A stretch of 19,188 bases of DNA from Sulfurimonadaceae bacterium (GTDB taxonomy: Bacteria; Campylobacterota; Campylobacteria; Campylobacterales; Sulfurimonadaceae): assembly GCA_050292215.1 (NCBI GenBank), contig JBNKLF010000034.1, forward strand, positions 1 to 19,188, written 5' to 3'. The notes below the pieces were generated by a model. The model worked only from the letters and a program-made list of their open reading frames with translations, did no database searches and was not told the DNA's origin. This document shows positions 7,030 through 15,278 of the stretch, in pieces. The position numbers were made by a program, and so were the translations under genes. Every line of letters begins with the position of its first letter. Within the stretch, counting starts at the first letter, position 1.

Positions 7030-7518
7030 ATGTCCATCTACGCCGCTGCGCTCTTCGAACACATCGACCGCTGCGCCACCCTCCAGCTCGCCACCCTCTC
7101 CGAACACGGCACCCCCCACGCCAGTTACGCCCCCTTTGTCCGGGAGGGCGAACGCTTCTACATCCTCATCAGCGAGGCCGCGCGCCACTGCGGCTACCTG
7201 ATGCGCCGCAGTGCATGCGCCGTCATGTTCATCGAAGATGAGGCGACGGCCGGGCAGATCTTCGCCCGAAAACGGATCTCTCTGGAGTGCCGTGCCGCCG
7301 TCGTACCCCGGGAGGATCCCTCCTTCGCACGCCGTACCGGCCTGCTCGAAGCGCGTTTCGGCGGCATTGTGCCGATGCTGCTGGGAATGAAGGATTTTCA
7401 CCTCTTCGAACTGCTGCCGCTCTCGGGGGAGGCGGTTTTCGGTTTCGGCGAAGCCTACCGGTTTCACGGCGACTTCAGTCGCATCGAACCGAAAACTTCG
7501 GGGCATCGCGAATCATAA
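7030..7518 (+). CDS. Pyridoxamine 5'-phosphate oxidase-like (split-barrel FMN-binding) family protein
   Basis: 162 aa. The pattern LATLSEHGTPHASYAPFV...ERFYILIS...ACAVMFIEDE resembles the PNPOx-like split-barrel signature. It is transcribed divergently from the SPFH gene. Confidence 0.45.
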   Translation: MSIYAAALFEHIDRCATLQLATLSEHGTPHASYAPFVREGERFYILISEAARHCGYLMRRSACAVMFIEDEATAGQIFARKRISLECRAAVVPREDPSFARRTGLLEARFGGIVPMLLGMKDFHLFELLPLSGEAVFGFGEAYRFHGDFSRIEPKTSGHRES

Positions 7519-7540
7519 TGATGTATAATGGATCAAAAGA
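7490..7540 (+). promoter_or_regulatory. Candidate promoter with an extended -10 (TGTATAAT at 7522-7529) for the GGDEF-EAL sensor gene
   Basis: TGnTATAAT lies 33 nt upstream of the GTG start at 7563, in an AT-rich patch just after the stop of the upstream gene. Confidence 0.4.
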
Positions 7541-7562
7541 GACACATAACAGGTAGCGCACA

Positions 7563-9596
7563 GTGAAAAAGAGTCTGGAAGGGAAACAGTACCTCTTCAA
7601 TCTTATCCTGATCCTCATCTTTATCGGGATGTACCTGCTTTTTATCGCCGTCACCGAACGCTCATTGCAAAAGTACTCGGAAGATATGGCCGTAGACTCC
7701 GCCAGGAAAAGCGCGTCACAGCTTCTGGCGACCCGTTCCGTCATGGCCGATCTCGCGCCCCATCTGACGCTTGACGGGACGCTCTCGCCGTTCGCCGCCG
7801 CCCCGGCATCGGTCGGCAATGCCGTCAGCCTGAAACTGCGCAGCAAATACGGCTATTACATCAAACAGACCTCCCTTCGCTACCGTAATCCGGCCAACGC
7901 ACCCGACGCGCAGGAGCAGGCCATGCTGCGTTCCTTCGGTGCGGATGACGACGAAACATGGCAGCACGAACACGAAGGCGACAACGATCAATTGCACTAC
8001 GGCAAAGTCCTGCGCATCGAAAAAAACTGCCTCTACTGCCACGGCGTTCCCCATAGTGACGTACCGACACCGGTCTACGAGAAGCTTGTGGCGCTGTACG
8101 GAGAACGGGCGTTCAACTACACCCTCGGAGAGATTCGCGGCATGATCTCCGTCCGCATTCCCATGGCGTCATACCACGAAGAAGCCAATGCCATCTTCAT
8201 ACGCGTCGCCGTTATCGGTTTCGTCGCGCTGCTGCTGATTCTCCTGCTCCTGAGCGTCCACTACCGCTACATCATTCGTCCCCATATCAACCAGCTGAAA
8301 GAGTCCCGGGAACAGCTGCTTCATACCGTCAACCGCGACCAGTTGACGGGCATGCTCAACCGCCGCTCCTTCAACCAGATCATACGGGACAACATCCTGA
8401 CCCGCAAACAGGGGTTCTGGCTGCTCTTCATCGACCTGGACAACTTCAAAAGCGTCAACGACATCTACGGCCACGAAGCCGGTGACACCGTTTTGAAAAT
8501 CGTCAGCAAACGCATCAAGACCCTCCTTCCCGCCGCCGACCTTTTCCGCATGGGGGGCGACGAGTTTGTCATGATGCTCTACGACTGCGAAGAGGAGGCC
8601 GAGCTTTCGGCGCTGCTACAGCAGCTGATCACCGAAGTACGGCGTCCCATCCTCGTCGATGAGGGTAACGCCTACGTCGGAGCGAGCATCGGAGCCGCCC
8701 GCTACCCGACCCACGCCGAAGAGATCGAACCGCTCCTGCGGCGCGGCGACCTGGCGATGTACAGCGCCAAAGAGGGAGGAAAAAACCGTTTCGTCATCTA
8801 CGACGAGGCACTGCTCAGCGCGGCCAATGCGCTCAAAACCCTGGAAAACGAGATCAAAACCGCCCTCATCAACGAAGAGTTCTTTCTCCTCTACCAGCCC
8901 CAGTACGACTCCCGTACCGGACAGGTCGTGGGCTCCGAGGCCCTGCTCCGGTGGCGCCACCCCGAACGGGGTGTCCTGACTCCGGATGCATTCATCTCCG
9001 TCGCCGAGGAGAGCGGCCTGATGCTCGACATCGGCCGCTGGATTCTCTACGAGGCGTGCCGCCAGAACCGCACCTGGCAGGATGCGGGATACGCCCCCGT
9101 CAACATCGCGGTCAACGTCACCTCCGCCCAGCTGGCCGACCCCGGGTTCATCATGGACCTCGTCGACGTCATCAACGACACCGCGCTCGACCCCAAGTAC
9201 CTTGAACTCGAGTTCATCGAACGGGCCGCCATCAACAACGAGGGGCACACCATCGAGTTCATGAACCAGCTGAAGCTGATGCGCATCCACGCCGCCATCG
9301 ACGACTTCGGGACCGGCTACTCCTCCCTGAGCTACATCTCCAAGTTCCCCATCGACAAGATCAAGATCGACCGTATGTTCGTCGACGGCATTCACCGCAA
9401 AGAGGACAACGCCACCATCGTCCGCTCGGTCATCTCCATCGCCGAGCATCTCAACATCCGGGTACTGGCAGAGGGGGTGGAGACGGAGGAGGAGTTGAAC
9501 TTCCTGGTGCGGGAGGGGTGCTACCTGATCCAGGGGTACTACTTCAGCCCGCCGCTGGACGCGGAGGCGATGGCGAAACGGCTCGACCTACGCTGA
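7563..9596 (+). CDS. Membrane sensor with a periplasmic haem-c (CxxCH, Tll0287-like/DUF3365-type) domain fused to diguanylate cyclase (GGDEF) and c-di-GMP phosphodiesterase (EAL) domains
   Basis: 677 aa with a GTG start. TM1 spans roughly aa 10-30 and TM2 roughly aa 205-230. The periplasmic region between them contains CLYCHG (a CxxCH haem-c attachment site) and an upstream LRYRNPAN motif, as in DUF3365. The GGDEF domain is intact ([10 protein letters not shown]...RMGGDEF). The EAL domain is intact ([38 protein letters not shown]). Confidence 0.8.
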   Translation: MKKSLEGKQYLFNLILILIFIGMYLLFIAVTERSLQKYSEDMAVDSARKSASQLLATRSVMADLAPHLTLDGTLSPFAAAPASVGNAVSLKLRSKYGYYIKQTSLRYRNPANAPDAQEQAMLRSFGADDDETWQHEHEGDNDQLHYGKVLRIEKNCLYCHGVPHSDVPTPVYEKLVALYGERAFNYTLGEIRGMISVRIPMASYHEEANAIFIRVAVIGFVALLLILLLLSVHYRYIIRPHINQLKESREQLLHTVNRDQLTGMLNRRSFNQIIRDNILTRKQGFWLLFIDLDNFKSVNDIYGHEAGDTVLKIVSKRIKTLLPAADLFRMGGDEFVMMLYDCEEEAELSALLQQLITEVRRPILVDEGNAYVGASIGAARYPTHAEEIEPLLRRGDLAMYSAKEGGKNRFVIYDEALLSAANALKTLENEIKTALINEEFFLLYQPQYDSRTGQVVGSEALLRWRHPERGVLTPDAFISVAEESGLMLDIGRWILYEACRQNRTWQDAGYAPVNIAVNVTSAQLADPGFIMDLVDVINDTALDPKYLELEFIERAAINNEGHTIEFMNQLKLMRIHAAIDDFGTGYSSLSYISKFPIDKIKIDRMFVDGIHRKEDNATIVRSVISIAEHLNIRVLAEGVETEEELNFLVREGCYLIQGYYFSPPLDAEAMAKRLDLR

Positions 9597-10118
9597 GACG
9601 GCCGCTGTAAAGATCCGGAAATCCTCGTCGGAGTGAAAGACGAAGGTCACTTCCATGCGATGTCCCAGCAGCAGCGCCCGGACCGTACGCAGGGCGATGC
9701 GGGCCGCTTCGGCTTTGGGGTAGCCGTAGCTCCCGGTCGAGATCGCGGGGAAAGCGATCGAGGTGCAGCCAAGCTCCGCGGCCCTTTCGATGCAGCTTCG
9801 GTAGCACGACGCCAGCAGTTCAGCGCACGCTTCGCCGCAGCGGCCGTAGACGGGCCCGACGGTATGAATGACGTAAGAGGCGGGCAGCATGCCCGCCGTC
9901 GTGGCGACGGCATCACCCGTGGGCAGCCCTTCAGGGCAGCGGGTGGCGCGCAGCTCCCGGCACGCCTCGAGGATCGCGCTTCCCCCGGCGCGGTGGATCG
10001 CCCCGTCCACGCCCCCGCCGCCCAGCAAAGAGCCGTTGGCGGCATTGACGACGGCACAGACCCGTTCCCGGGTGATGTCGCCGACCTTGGCGTAAACGGA
10101 GGGGGAGAGCTGTTTCAT
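9588..10118 (-). CDS. Macro-domain protein (O-acetyl-ADP-ribose deacetylase, YmdB-like)
   Basis: 176 aa with the classic macro-domain signature [24 protein letters not shown], plus the later [15 protein letters not shown] motif. Confidence 0.85.
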   Translation of the reverse strand: MKQLSPSVYAKVGDITRERVCAVVNAANGSLLGGGGVDGAIHRAGGSAILEACRELRATRCPEGLPTGDAVATTAGMLPASYVIHTVGPVYGRCGEACAELLASCYRSCIERAAELGCTSIAFPAISTGSYGYPKAEAARIALRTVRALLLGHRMEVTFVFHSDEDFRIFTAAVSA

Positions 10119-10119
10119 C

Positions 10120-10512
10120 TCAGCGCTGCGCAGCCAGCCAGCGCTCGAGAATGATCTTCGCGGAGAGGGAGTCGATGCGACCGTCTTTTTTGTGACGGAT
10201 CTCCCCCTTCATCAGCGCTTCGGCCTCCAGGGAAGAGTCGCTTTCGTCCTGGTAGCAGACGGGGCCGTCGAAATCGACCAGGTTCATGAAGTGCGCGACG
10301 CGGCGGCGCATCTCATCTTCGGAACTTCCCCCCATGGGGATGCCGACGACCACCCGCTCCGCCCCCCACTCCGCAATGACGGCTTTGACGGCGGCGGAAG
10401 CCTGGTTGCGGTTCTTCCGCTCCACGGCGGGCAGCGGCGTCACGATGTTTCCGTCCGCCGTATAGGCCAGACCGATGCGCTTCAGCCCCAAATCGATGGC
10501 GATCACCTTCAT
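10120..10512 (-). CDS. ruvX: Putative pre-16S rRNA nuclease / Holliday-junction-resolvase-like protein YqgF
   Basis: 130 aa. The N-terminus ([20 protein letters not shown]) and overall length are typical of the YqgF/RuvX RNase H-like fold. Confidence 0.85.
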   Translation of the reverse strand: MKVIAIDLGLKRIGLAYTADGNIVTPLPAVERKNRNQASAAVKAVIAEWGAERVVVGIPMGGSSEDEMRRRVAHFMNLVDFDGPVCYQDESDSSLEAEALMKGEIRHKKDGRIDSLSAKIILERWLAAQR

Positions 10513-10520
10513 GATAAGCC

Positions 10521-11870
10521 CTACTTCCCGAGACAGAAGCTGCCGAACATCTTGTCGAGCATCTCGTCGTATTCGTAGGGGCGGCTGATGGATGCGATGG
10601 ATGCGATGGCGCGGTTGAGATGGAAGGAGAAGATCTCCAGCTCCTGATCCTCAAGAGGAACCAGCGCCTCGCGGATATCTTCCAGCGCCGCCGCGACCGC
10701 CTCGGTCTGGCGGGTGGAGATGAGCATCGCCTCGTCGGAGACGTTGCGTGCGTCCATGATCGACTGCAGGCGCGTCACCAGCGTTCCGACGTCGGCCTTG
10801 CAGTTGAGTTCGAGAAGCGCCGCATCGCCGAGCAGGCTGCGGTCGAAACGCTGGTCAAGATCGCATTTGCTGACGGCGACGATGCGCTCCTTCGTTCCGG
10901 CGTAGCGCTGAAGCAGCTCCAGCATCGCCCGGTCCTCGCCGTCGGCGTCGCGGCTGCCGTCGAAAAGCGCCACGACGATGTCGCTCTCCTCGATGGCGGC
11001 AACGGAGCGCTCGATGCCGATGCGCTCGATCTCGTCGCTCGCCTCGCGAATGCCCGCCGTATCGACGATGCGGATCAGGTGGGTGCCGATGCGCACCTCC
11101 TCCTCGATGGTATCGCGGGTCGTCCCGGCGATATCGCTGACGATAGCGCGATTATAGTTGAGCAAGACATTGAGCAGGGAGCTTTTCCCGACATTGGGCT
11201 TGCCGACGATGGCGACTTTGAACCCCTGCATCAATCCCGCCCGGCTCCGGCTCGCCTGCAGGGTGCGGGAGAGCTCCCCGCGCAGCCCTTCGAGACGCTC
11301 GCGAATCTGAGCCACCAGGTCCTCGGGCAGGTCCTCCTCGGCATAGTCGATGGCGACTTCCGAATAGGCCGTGATCTCCAGCAGCCGGTCCCGAACCCCC
11401 TCGACGAAGCCACGAAGCTCCCCCTTCATCTGCCGGGCGAGAATCTTCGCCGCATCCTCGCTCTTCGCTTCGATGAGCCGGGCGATCGCCTCCGCCTCGG
11501 TCAGGTCGATGCGGCCGTTGAGAAAGGCGCGCTTGTTGAACTCGCCCGGTTCCGCCAGGCGGGCCCCGGAAACCAGGAGCGCATCCAGAAGCCGCTGCGC
11601 GACGATCTGCCCGCCGTGGCACTGAAACTCGACGATGTCCTCGCCGGTAAAGCTGCGGGGTCCCTTGAAGTAGATGAGAATCGCCTCGTCGATCAGTGCG
11701 CCTTCACGGTCATAAAGCGGCGTCAGGGCGGCATATCTCGGCGGGGGAAGGTCGCGCCGCGTCAGCGTTGCGGCGATGGAGGCCGCCCCGTCGCCGCTGA
11801 GGCGGACGATGGCGATGGAGCCGATGCCGTGGGCGGTGGCAACGGCGGCGATGGTGCGGTTCATCGTCAA
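10521..11870 (-). CDS. mnmE: tRNA modification GTPase MnmE (TrmE)
   Basis: 449 aa. It has a G domain with Walker A (GKPNVGKSSLLN) and DTAG, and the diagnostic C-terminal CLGK motif. The start overlaps the jag stop in an ATGA arrangement. Confidence 0.9.
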   Translation of the reverse strand: MTMNRTIAAVATAHGIGSIAIVRLSGDGAASIAATLTRRDLPPPRYAALTPLYDREGALIDEAILIYFKGPRSFTGEDIVEFQCHGGQIVAQRLLDALLVSGARLAEPGEFNKRAFLNGRIDLTEAEAIARLIEAKSEDAAKILARQMKGELRGFVEGVRDRLLEITAYSEVAIDYAEEDLPEDLVAQIRERLEGLRGELSRTLQASRSRAGLMQGFKVAIVGKPNVGKSSLLNVLLNYNRAIVSDIAGTTRDTIEEEVRIGTHLIRIVDTAGIREASDEIERIGIERSVAAIEESDIVVALFDGSRDADGEDRAMLELLQRYAGTKERIVAVSKCDLDQRFDRSLLGDAALLELNCKADVGTLVTRLQSIMDARNVSDEAMLISTRQTEAVAAALEDIREALVPLEDQELEIFSFHLNRAIASIASISRPYEYDEMLDKMFGSFCLGK

Positions 11871-12685
11871 TACTCGTTGTAGTCGTTGACGATGATAAAC
11901 TTCGAACCGTCCCGGGTGGAACGGATGGCGACGTACTTGTCGGGGTAGCGGCGGCGCAGTTCCCGCAGGGCGATCTGTACCAGGACCCCGTCGAGAATCT
12001 TCGTCTGGGCCCGCCCGTCGCGGTCGATGCTTTCGCAGACCCCGACGAGGTAGCGGTTGATCGACTCCTCCTGGTTTTTCAGGAATTCGGCGATCTCCAG
12101 GCGCAGCTGCATCTGGTAGCGGGCGTTGATCCAGTTGAAAATCATGTAGGAGAGCGCCTTGTAGCGGTACCCCTCCTTGCCGATCAGCAGTGCGGCGTCT
12201 TTACCCGTAAACTCCACCAACAGGGTCTCTTCGTCATAGACCGAGACCTGTACGGGATCGATCTCGAAGCAGATGGTGGCAAAGAGCGTATTGAGAGATT
12301 CACGGACCTCGTCGGCGATCGCTTCCGGGGTCGTCTTCTCGCCGAAAAAACCGGTGTCGATGGCGCTCTCGGGCACCACGTCAATCGCCGTTTCCTCCGC
12401 CGCTTCCGTCTCCGGAAGGGCTTCCGGTTCGACGGTCGGAGCGGGAGCGGGAGCCGGAGTCTCGGCAACGGGAGCCGCGGGAGCGGCCACCGGCGGCGTC
12501 TCGACGGCGGCGGCACGTTTCATGCCGCAGGCGGCTACGATGATGGCGGGTTTGCGGAAGAGTCCCAAAAACCCCTTGGAGGGGTGCTGGGCGATCTCCA
12601 CCTCAAGCGCGGTAACCGAACAGTTCAGCGCTTTCGCGGCTTGGGCATAGGCATCTTCAAGCGTCGACGCTTCAATCTTTACCAT
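11867..12685 (-). CDS. khpB: Jag/KhpB RNA-binding protein (Jag_N, KH and R3H domains)
   Basis: The position between yidC and mnmE is conserved. The N-terminus (VKIEASTLEDAYAQAAKAL) is Jag_N-like, followed by a Pro/Ala-rich linker and then a KH/R3H-like C-terminus. The ORF track starts at 12712. I prefer the Met at 12685 because it reduces the overlap with yidC, so the start is uncertain. Confidence 0.8.
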   Translation of the reverse strand: MVKIEASTLEDAYAQAAKALNCSVTALEVEIAQHPSKGFLGLFRKPAIIVAACGMKRAAAVETPPVAAPAAPVAETPAPAPAPTVEPEALPETEAAEETAIDVVPESAIDTGFFGEKTTPEAIADEVRESLNTLFATICFEIDPVQVSVYDEETLLVEFTGKDAALLIGKEGYRYKALSYMIFNWINARYQMQLRLEIAEFLKNQEESINRYLVGVCESIDRDGRAQTKILDGVLVQIALRELRRRYPDKYVAIRSTRDGSKFIIVNDYNEY

Positions 12686-14294
12686 GACTTTTCTCCGCCA
12701 GGTGCTGAGCATGGCGTGCGGCTTTGGCAGCTTCGAACTGCTTGTTCACCATGTACTGCTGACCGATGGAGAAGAGGTTGTTAACCAGCCAGTAAAGTAC
12801 CAGCCCCGCCGGGAAGGTGACGAAGAAGAAGGTGAAGATGATCGGCAGGAACCGGAAGAGCTTCTCCTGCAGCGGATCGGTAAAGCTGTTGGGCGTCATT
12901 CTCTGCTGGTAGTACATGGAAGCGCCCATGACGATCGGGAGTACGAAATAGGGGTCCATGCGCGAGAGGTCGTTGATCCAGAGGATCCATTCGGCTCCCT
13001 GAAGTTCGACGGCGTTGAGCAGAACGCGGTAGATGGCGAAGAAGACGGGAATCTGCAGTAGCAGCGGGAGACACCCGCCCAGGGGGTTCGCTCCGTGTTT
13101 TTTGTAGAGCTCCATTACCGCGGCGTTCATGCGCTGCGGATCGCCTTTGTACTTGGTCTGCAGCTCTTTGACCTTGGGGGCGATCTCCTTGATCTTCTGC
13201 ATGCCCATCATCCCCTTGTGGGTGAGCGGGAAGAGGAAGAGACGGATGATGATCGTCAGGGCGACGATGGCCCATCCCCAGTTGCCGAAGATGCCGTGCA
13301 GCCACATCAGCAGCTTGAAGAGCGGCGCCGCGGCGAAGGTGAACCAGCCGTATTCGATGGCGTTGACAAGAACCGGGTCGATGGCATCGAGGACGCGGTG
13401 ATCTTTAGGCCCGATGTACCCCTTGAAGGAGGTCCTTTTGGGGGCATCGAAGTAGACGACGGGGTTGTCTTCGCGGTCGTGTTCGACCGTCACTTCAATC
13501 TCCTTGTCGATTCCGAAGAACATCGTGGCGAAATACTGGTCGAACGCGGACGTGAGCTGGACCCCTTTGTAAACGGTACGCCCTTCGGTATCACCGTCTT
13601 CGAAGACGTGGTTGATGCCTTCGGCATCGTAGACCATGGCACCCATGACCGTCATCATCTGATCGCTCACCTGCGGACGCTGTCCCAGGTAGACGAAGTG
13701 GCGTTTCTCTTCGGAGAGGGAGATGGTCGCATCGTAGTGCCCGTCGGCGAAGAAGGTAAGGCGCTTCGTGACGGTGGTGCCCGGAAGTTTCTGCGTCAGT
13801 ACGACCGTACGGCTTTCGCCCTCGCCCAGCGTCAGGGTTTTCGTCTCGCTGCCGTAGGCCGTCGAGGAAGCGGCCTGGTTCAGCGCGGCGTCGGCGAAAC
13901 GGATGAAGAGCGGTTTGGCGCCGAGCTCGGAGATGAGTTCCGCGTGGTCACTCCCCTCCTTGTTGAATTTCTCGTGTTTGAGCACGACCGAGGAGATCCG
14001 GCCGAGGGTGTCGACCTTCAGGGTGAATGCGGGCGCCTCGACGGTGACCAGGGCGTCGGGATTGGCAACGGCCTGGGTCTCGTCGGCACGAACTTCGTGA
14101 CCGGCGGCGGCTTCGGAAACGGCCGCGGCGCTCTCGGCGGCATCCGCTTTGGAAGCGACCGGCTGGGTCGTTTCCGTCAGGGCAACGGCTTCGGGCTGTT
14201 CCGGGGGATAAATGGTTGTATAACCGATAAAAAATACGAGTGAGAGTGCGATCGCGACGATCAGTCTCTGGTTGGGAGACATATTTTCTAGCAT
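12672..14294 (-). CDS. yidC: Membrane protein insertase YidC
   Basis: 540 aa with an N-terminal TM, a large periplasmic domain, and a C-terminal 5-TM core. The core carries conserved YidC motifs (PLxxxFxxxRL...GANPLGGCLPLLLQIPVFFAIY). The position next to yidD and rnpA is conserved. Confidence 0.9.
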   Translation of the reverse strand: MLENMSPNQRLIVAIALSLVFFIGYTTIYPPEQPEAVALTETTQPVASKADAAESAAAVSEAAAGHEVRADETQAVANPDALVTVEAPAFTLKVDTLGRISSVVLKHEKFNKEGSDHAELISELGAKPLFIRFADAALNQAASSTAYGSETKTLTLGEGESRTVVLTQKLPGTTVTKRLTFFADGHYDATISLSEEKRHFVYLGQRPQVSDQMMTVMGAMVYDAEGINHVFEDGDTEGRTVYKGVQLTSAFDQYFATMFFGIDKEIEVTVEHDREDNPVVYFDAPKRTSFKGYIGPKDHRVLDAIDPVLVNAIEYGWFTFAAAPLFKLLMWLHGIFGNWGWAIVALTIIIRLFLFPLTHKGMMGMQKIKEIAPKVKELQTKYKGDPQRMNAAVMELYKKHGANPLGGCLPLLLQIPVFFAIYRVLLNAVELQGAEWILWINDLSRMDPYFVLPIVMGASMYYQQRMTPNSFTDPLQEKLFRFLPIIFTFFFVTFPAGLVLYWLVNNLFSIGQQYMVNKQFEAAKAARHAQHLAEKSHGKD

Positions 14295-14638
14295 TGTAAA
14301 CCTTTAAATCGAAAGTTTTTGATGATGAAAAAACGGTTCTTTTCTTTGGGGACGAACCAGTATTTTACCGCTTCGACACGGCCCGGGACGGGTTTTATCG
14401 CCAGATGCCGGGTCACCGGGTAGTCAATGCCGCCGGGGAAAAGCTGGTTGCATCGGAGAATTCGGACGAATGAGTGGAAGAATGCGGTGTGAAGGGGGTT
14501 GTTTTCGAACTGCCATCGGGCGTATTCGGAACAGGAGGGGTAGTAGCGGCAGCTGCCATACCCTCCCAGCAGCGTTAGGTAACGCTGGTAGAATCCCAAA
14601 AGTTTAAGAAGCGACGTTTTGATCATCCACCATTCCAC
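14288..14638 (-). CDS. yidD: Membrane protein insertion efficiency factor YidD
   Basis: It contains the YidD core (YQRYLTLLGGYGSCRYYPSCSEYA...RCNQLFPGGIDYPV). The start is uncertain because the 5' end overlaps the rnpA 3' end. The C-terminal extension is unusually long. Confidence 0.75.
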   Translation of the reverse strand: MEWWMIKTSLLKLLGFYQRYLTLLGGYGSCRYYPSCSEYARWQFENNPLHTAFFHSFVRILRCNQLFPGGIDYPVTRHLAIKPVPGRVEAVKYWFVPKEKNRFFIIKNFRFKGLQC

Positions 14639-14942
14639 CCGTTCGCGTCAAAACGTATCTGCAGTCACGTTTCAACACATCATATGAGGCGCGGTCCATC
14701 GACTCTTTCGCGACGAAGACGTAGCTGCCGTCTTGCAACGACGGGGCGAACTCGGAGAAGAGCGCCCGCAATCGCCGTTTGCACCGGTTACGGGTGACGG
14801 CGTTGCCTACCTTCTTGCTGGCCGTGAACCCGACCTTCAGGACTCCCGTCTCCGGGAGATGAAACAGGACGACCGTGCGCGAGTGCGCATTTCTGCCCCG
14901 TTTGTAGACGGACTGAAACTCGCGATTGTGTTTCAGCGTCAT
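14604..14942 (-). CDS. rnpA: RNase P protein component
   Basis: 112 aa from the internal Met (MTLKHNREFQSVYKRG...). It is basic and carries an RnpA-type RNR motif region (VTRNRCKRRLRAL). It lies 8 nt downstream of rpmH, as in the conserved rpmH-rnpA arrangement. I trimmed the track ORF start of 15113 because the upstream part belongs to rpmH in another frame. Confidence 0.8.
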   Translation of the reverse strand: MTLKHNREFQSVYKRGRNAHSRTVVLFHLPETGVLKVGFTASKKVGNAVTRNRCKRRLRALFSEFAPSLQDGSYVFVAKESMDRASYDVLKRDCRYVLTRTGGMVDDQNVAS

Positions 14943-14950
14943 GAATCCGC

Positions 14951-15085
14951 TTAGACGGACAATTTTCTTCTGCCCTTGGCACGGCGTGCGTTGATGATCT
15001 TGCGGCCGTTTTTGGTCGCCATACGGGTTCTGAAGCCGTGCGTACGCTTGCGGGGCGTATTGTGCGGTTGGTAGGTTCTTTTCAT
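14951..15085 (-). CDS. rpmH: 50S ribosomal protein L34
   Basis: This gene is not in the ORF track because it is under 60 aa. Reverse-complement translation gives [44 protein letters not shown], ending at a TAA stop. This is the near-universal L34 sequence. A GAGGA RBS lies about 9 nt upstream. Confidence 0.88.
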   Translation of the reverse strand: MKRTYQPHNTPRKRTHGFRTRMATKNGRKIINARRAKGRRKLSV

Positions 15086-15094
15086 TACCATTCC

Positions 15095-15140
15095 TCGTTA
15101 TTGATTTTAGCACGCAATAATAGTGATTTTTTACTTAGAA
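15095..15140 (-). promoter_or_regulatory. Candidate rpmH promoter with an extended -10 (TGcTAAAAT on the minus strand, 15099-15107)
   Basis: An AT-rich stretch lies immediately upstream of rpmH. It carries a TGnTAAAAT element roughly 25-30 nt before the start codon. Confidence 0.35.
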
Positions 15141-15278
15141 GTGGGTTAAGGTTCATGGCACACCCCCGTGCAATCGCATTCGGTACGGTGGCTCTCCGCC
15201 CATAAATCATGCCGGAGGAAAAGGTTTTCTTCTTTTTTACGGTTTCGAATGCTATGATGGGTTGACAGGAGGTGCCGC

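Noticed and set aside
10620-11882. 420-aa plus-strand ORF antisense to mnmE. Similar antisense ORFs lie at 13095-14243 (yidC), 8616-9449 (EAL domain), 2566-3348 and 3796-4446 (exporter), 1283-2134 (arsP), 5292-5978 (zinc-ribbon gene), and 18118-18819 (porin/cytochrome).
   Set aside because: Each lies opposite a gene with clear conserved motifs. Each has Arg/Gly/Asp/Pro-biased low-complexity translations and no signatures. They are expected by chance at this GC content.
15086-15278. Possible chromosomal origin (oriC) upstream of rpmH at a strand-switch point
   Set aside because: No DnaA-box-like 9-mers (TTATCCACA or close variants) and no dnaA gene are nearby. The AT-richness is adequately explained by the divergent rpmH and antiporter promoters. 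The minus-strand small ORF at 15146-15403 in this region is also rejected as a shadow ORF.
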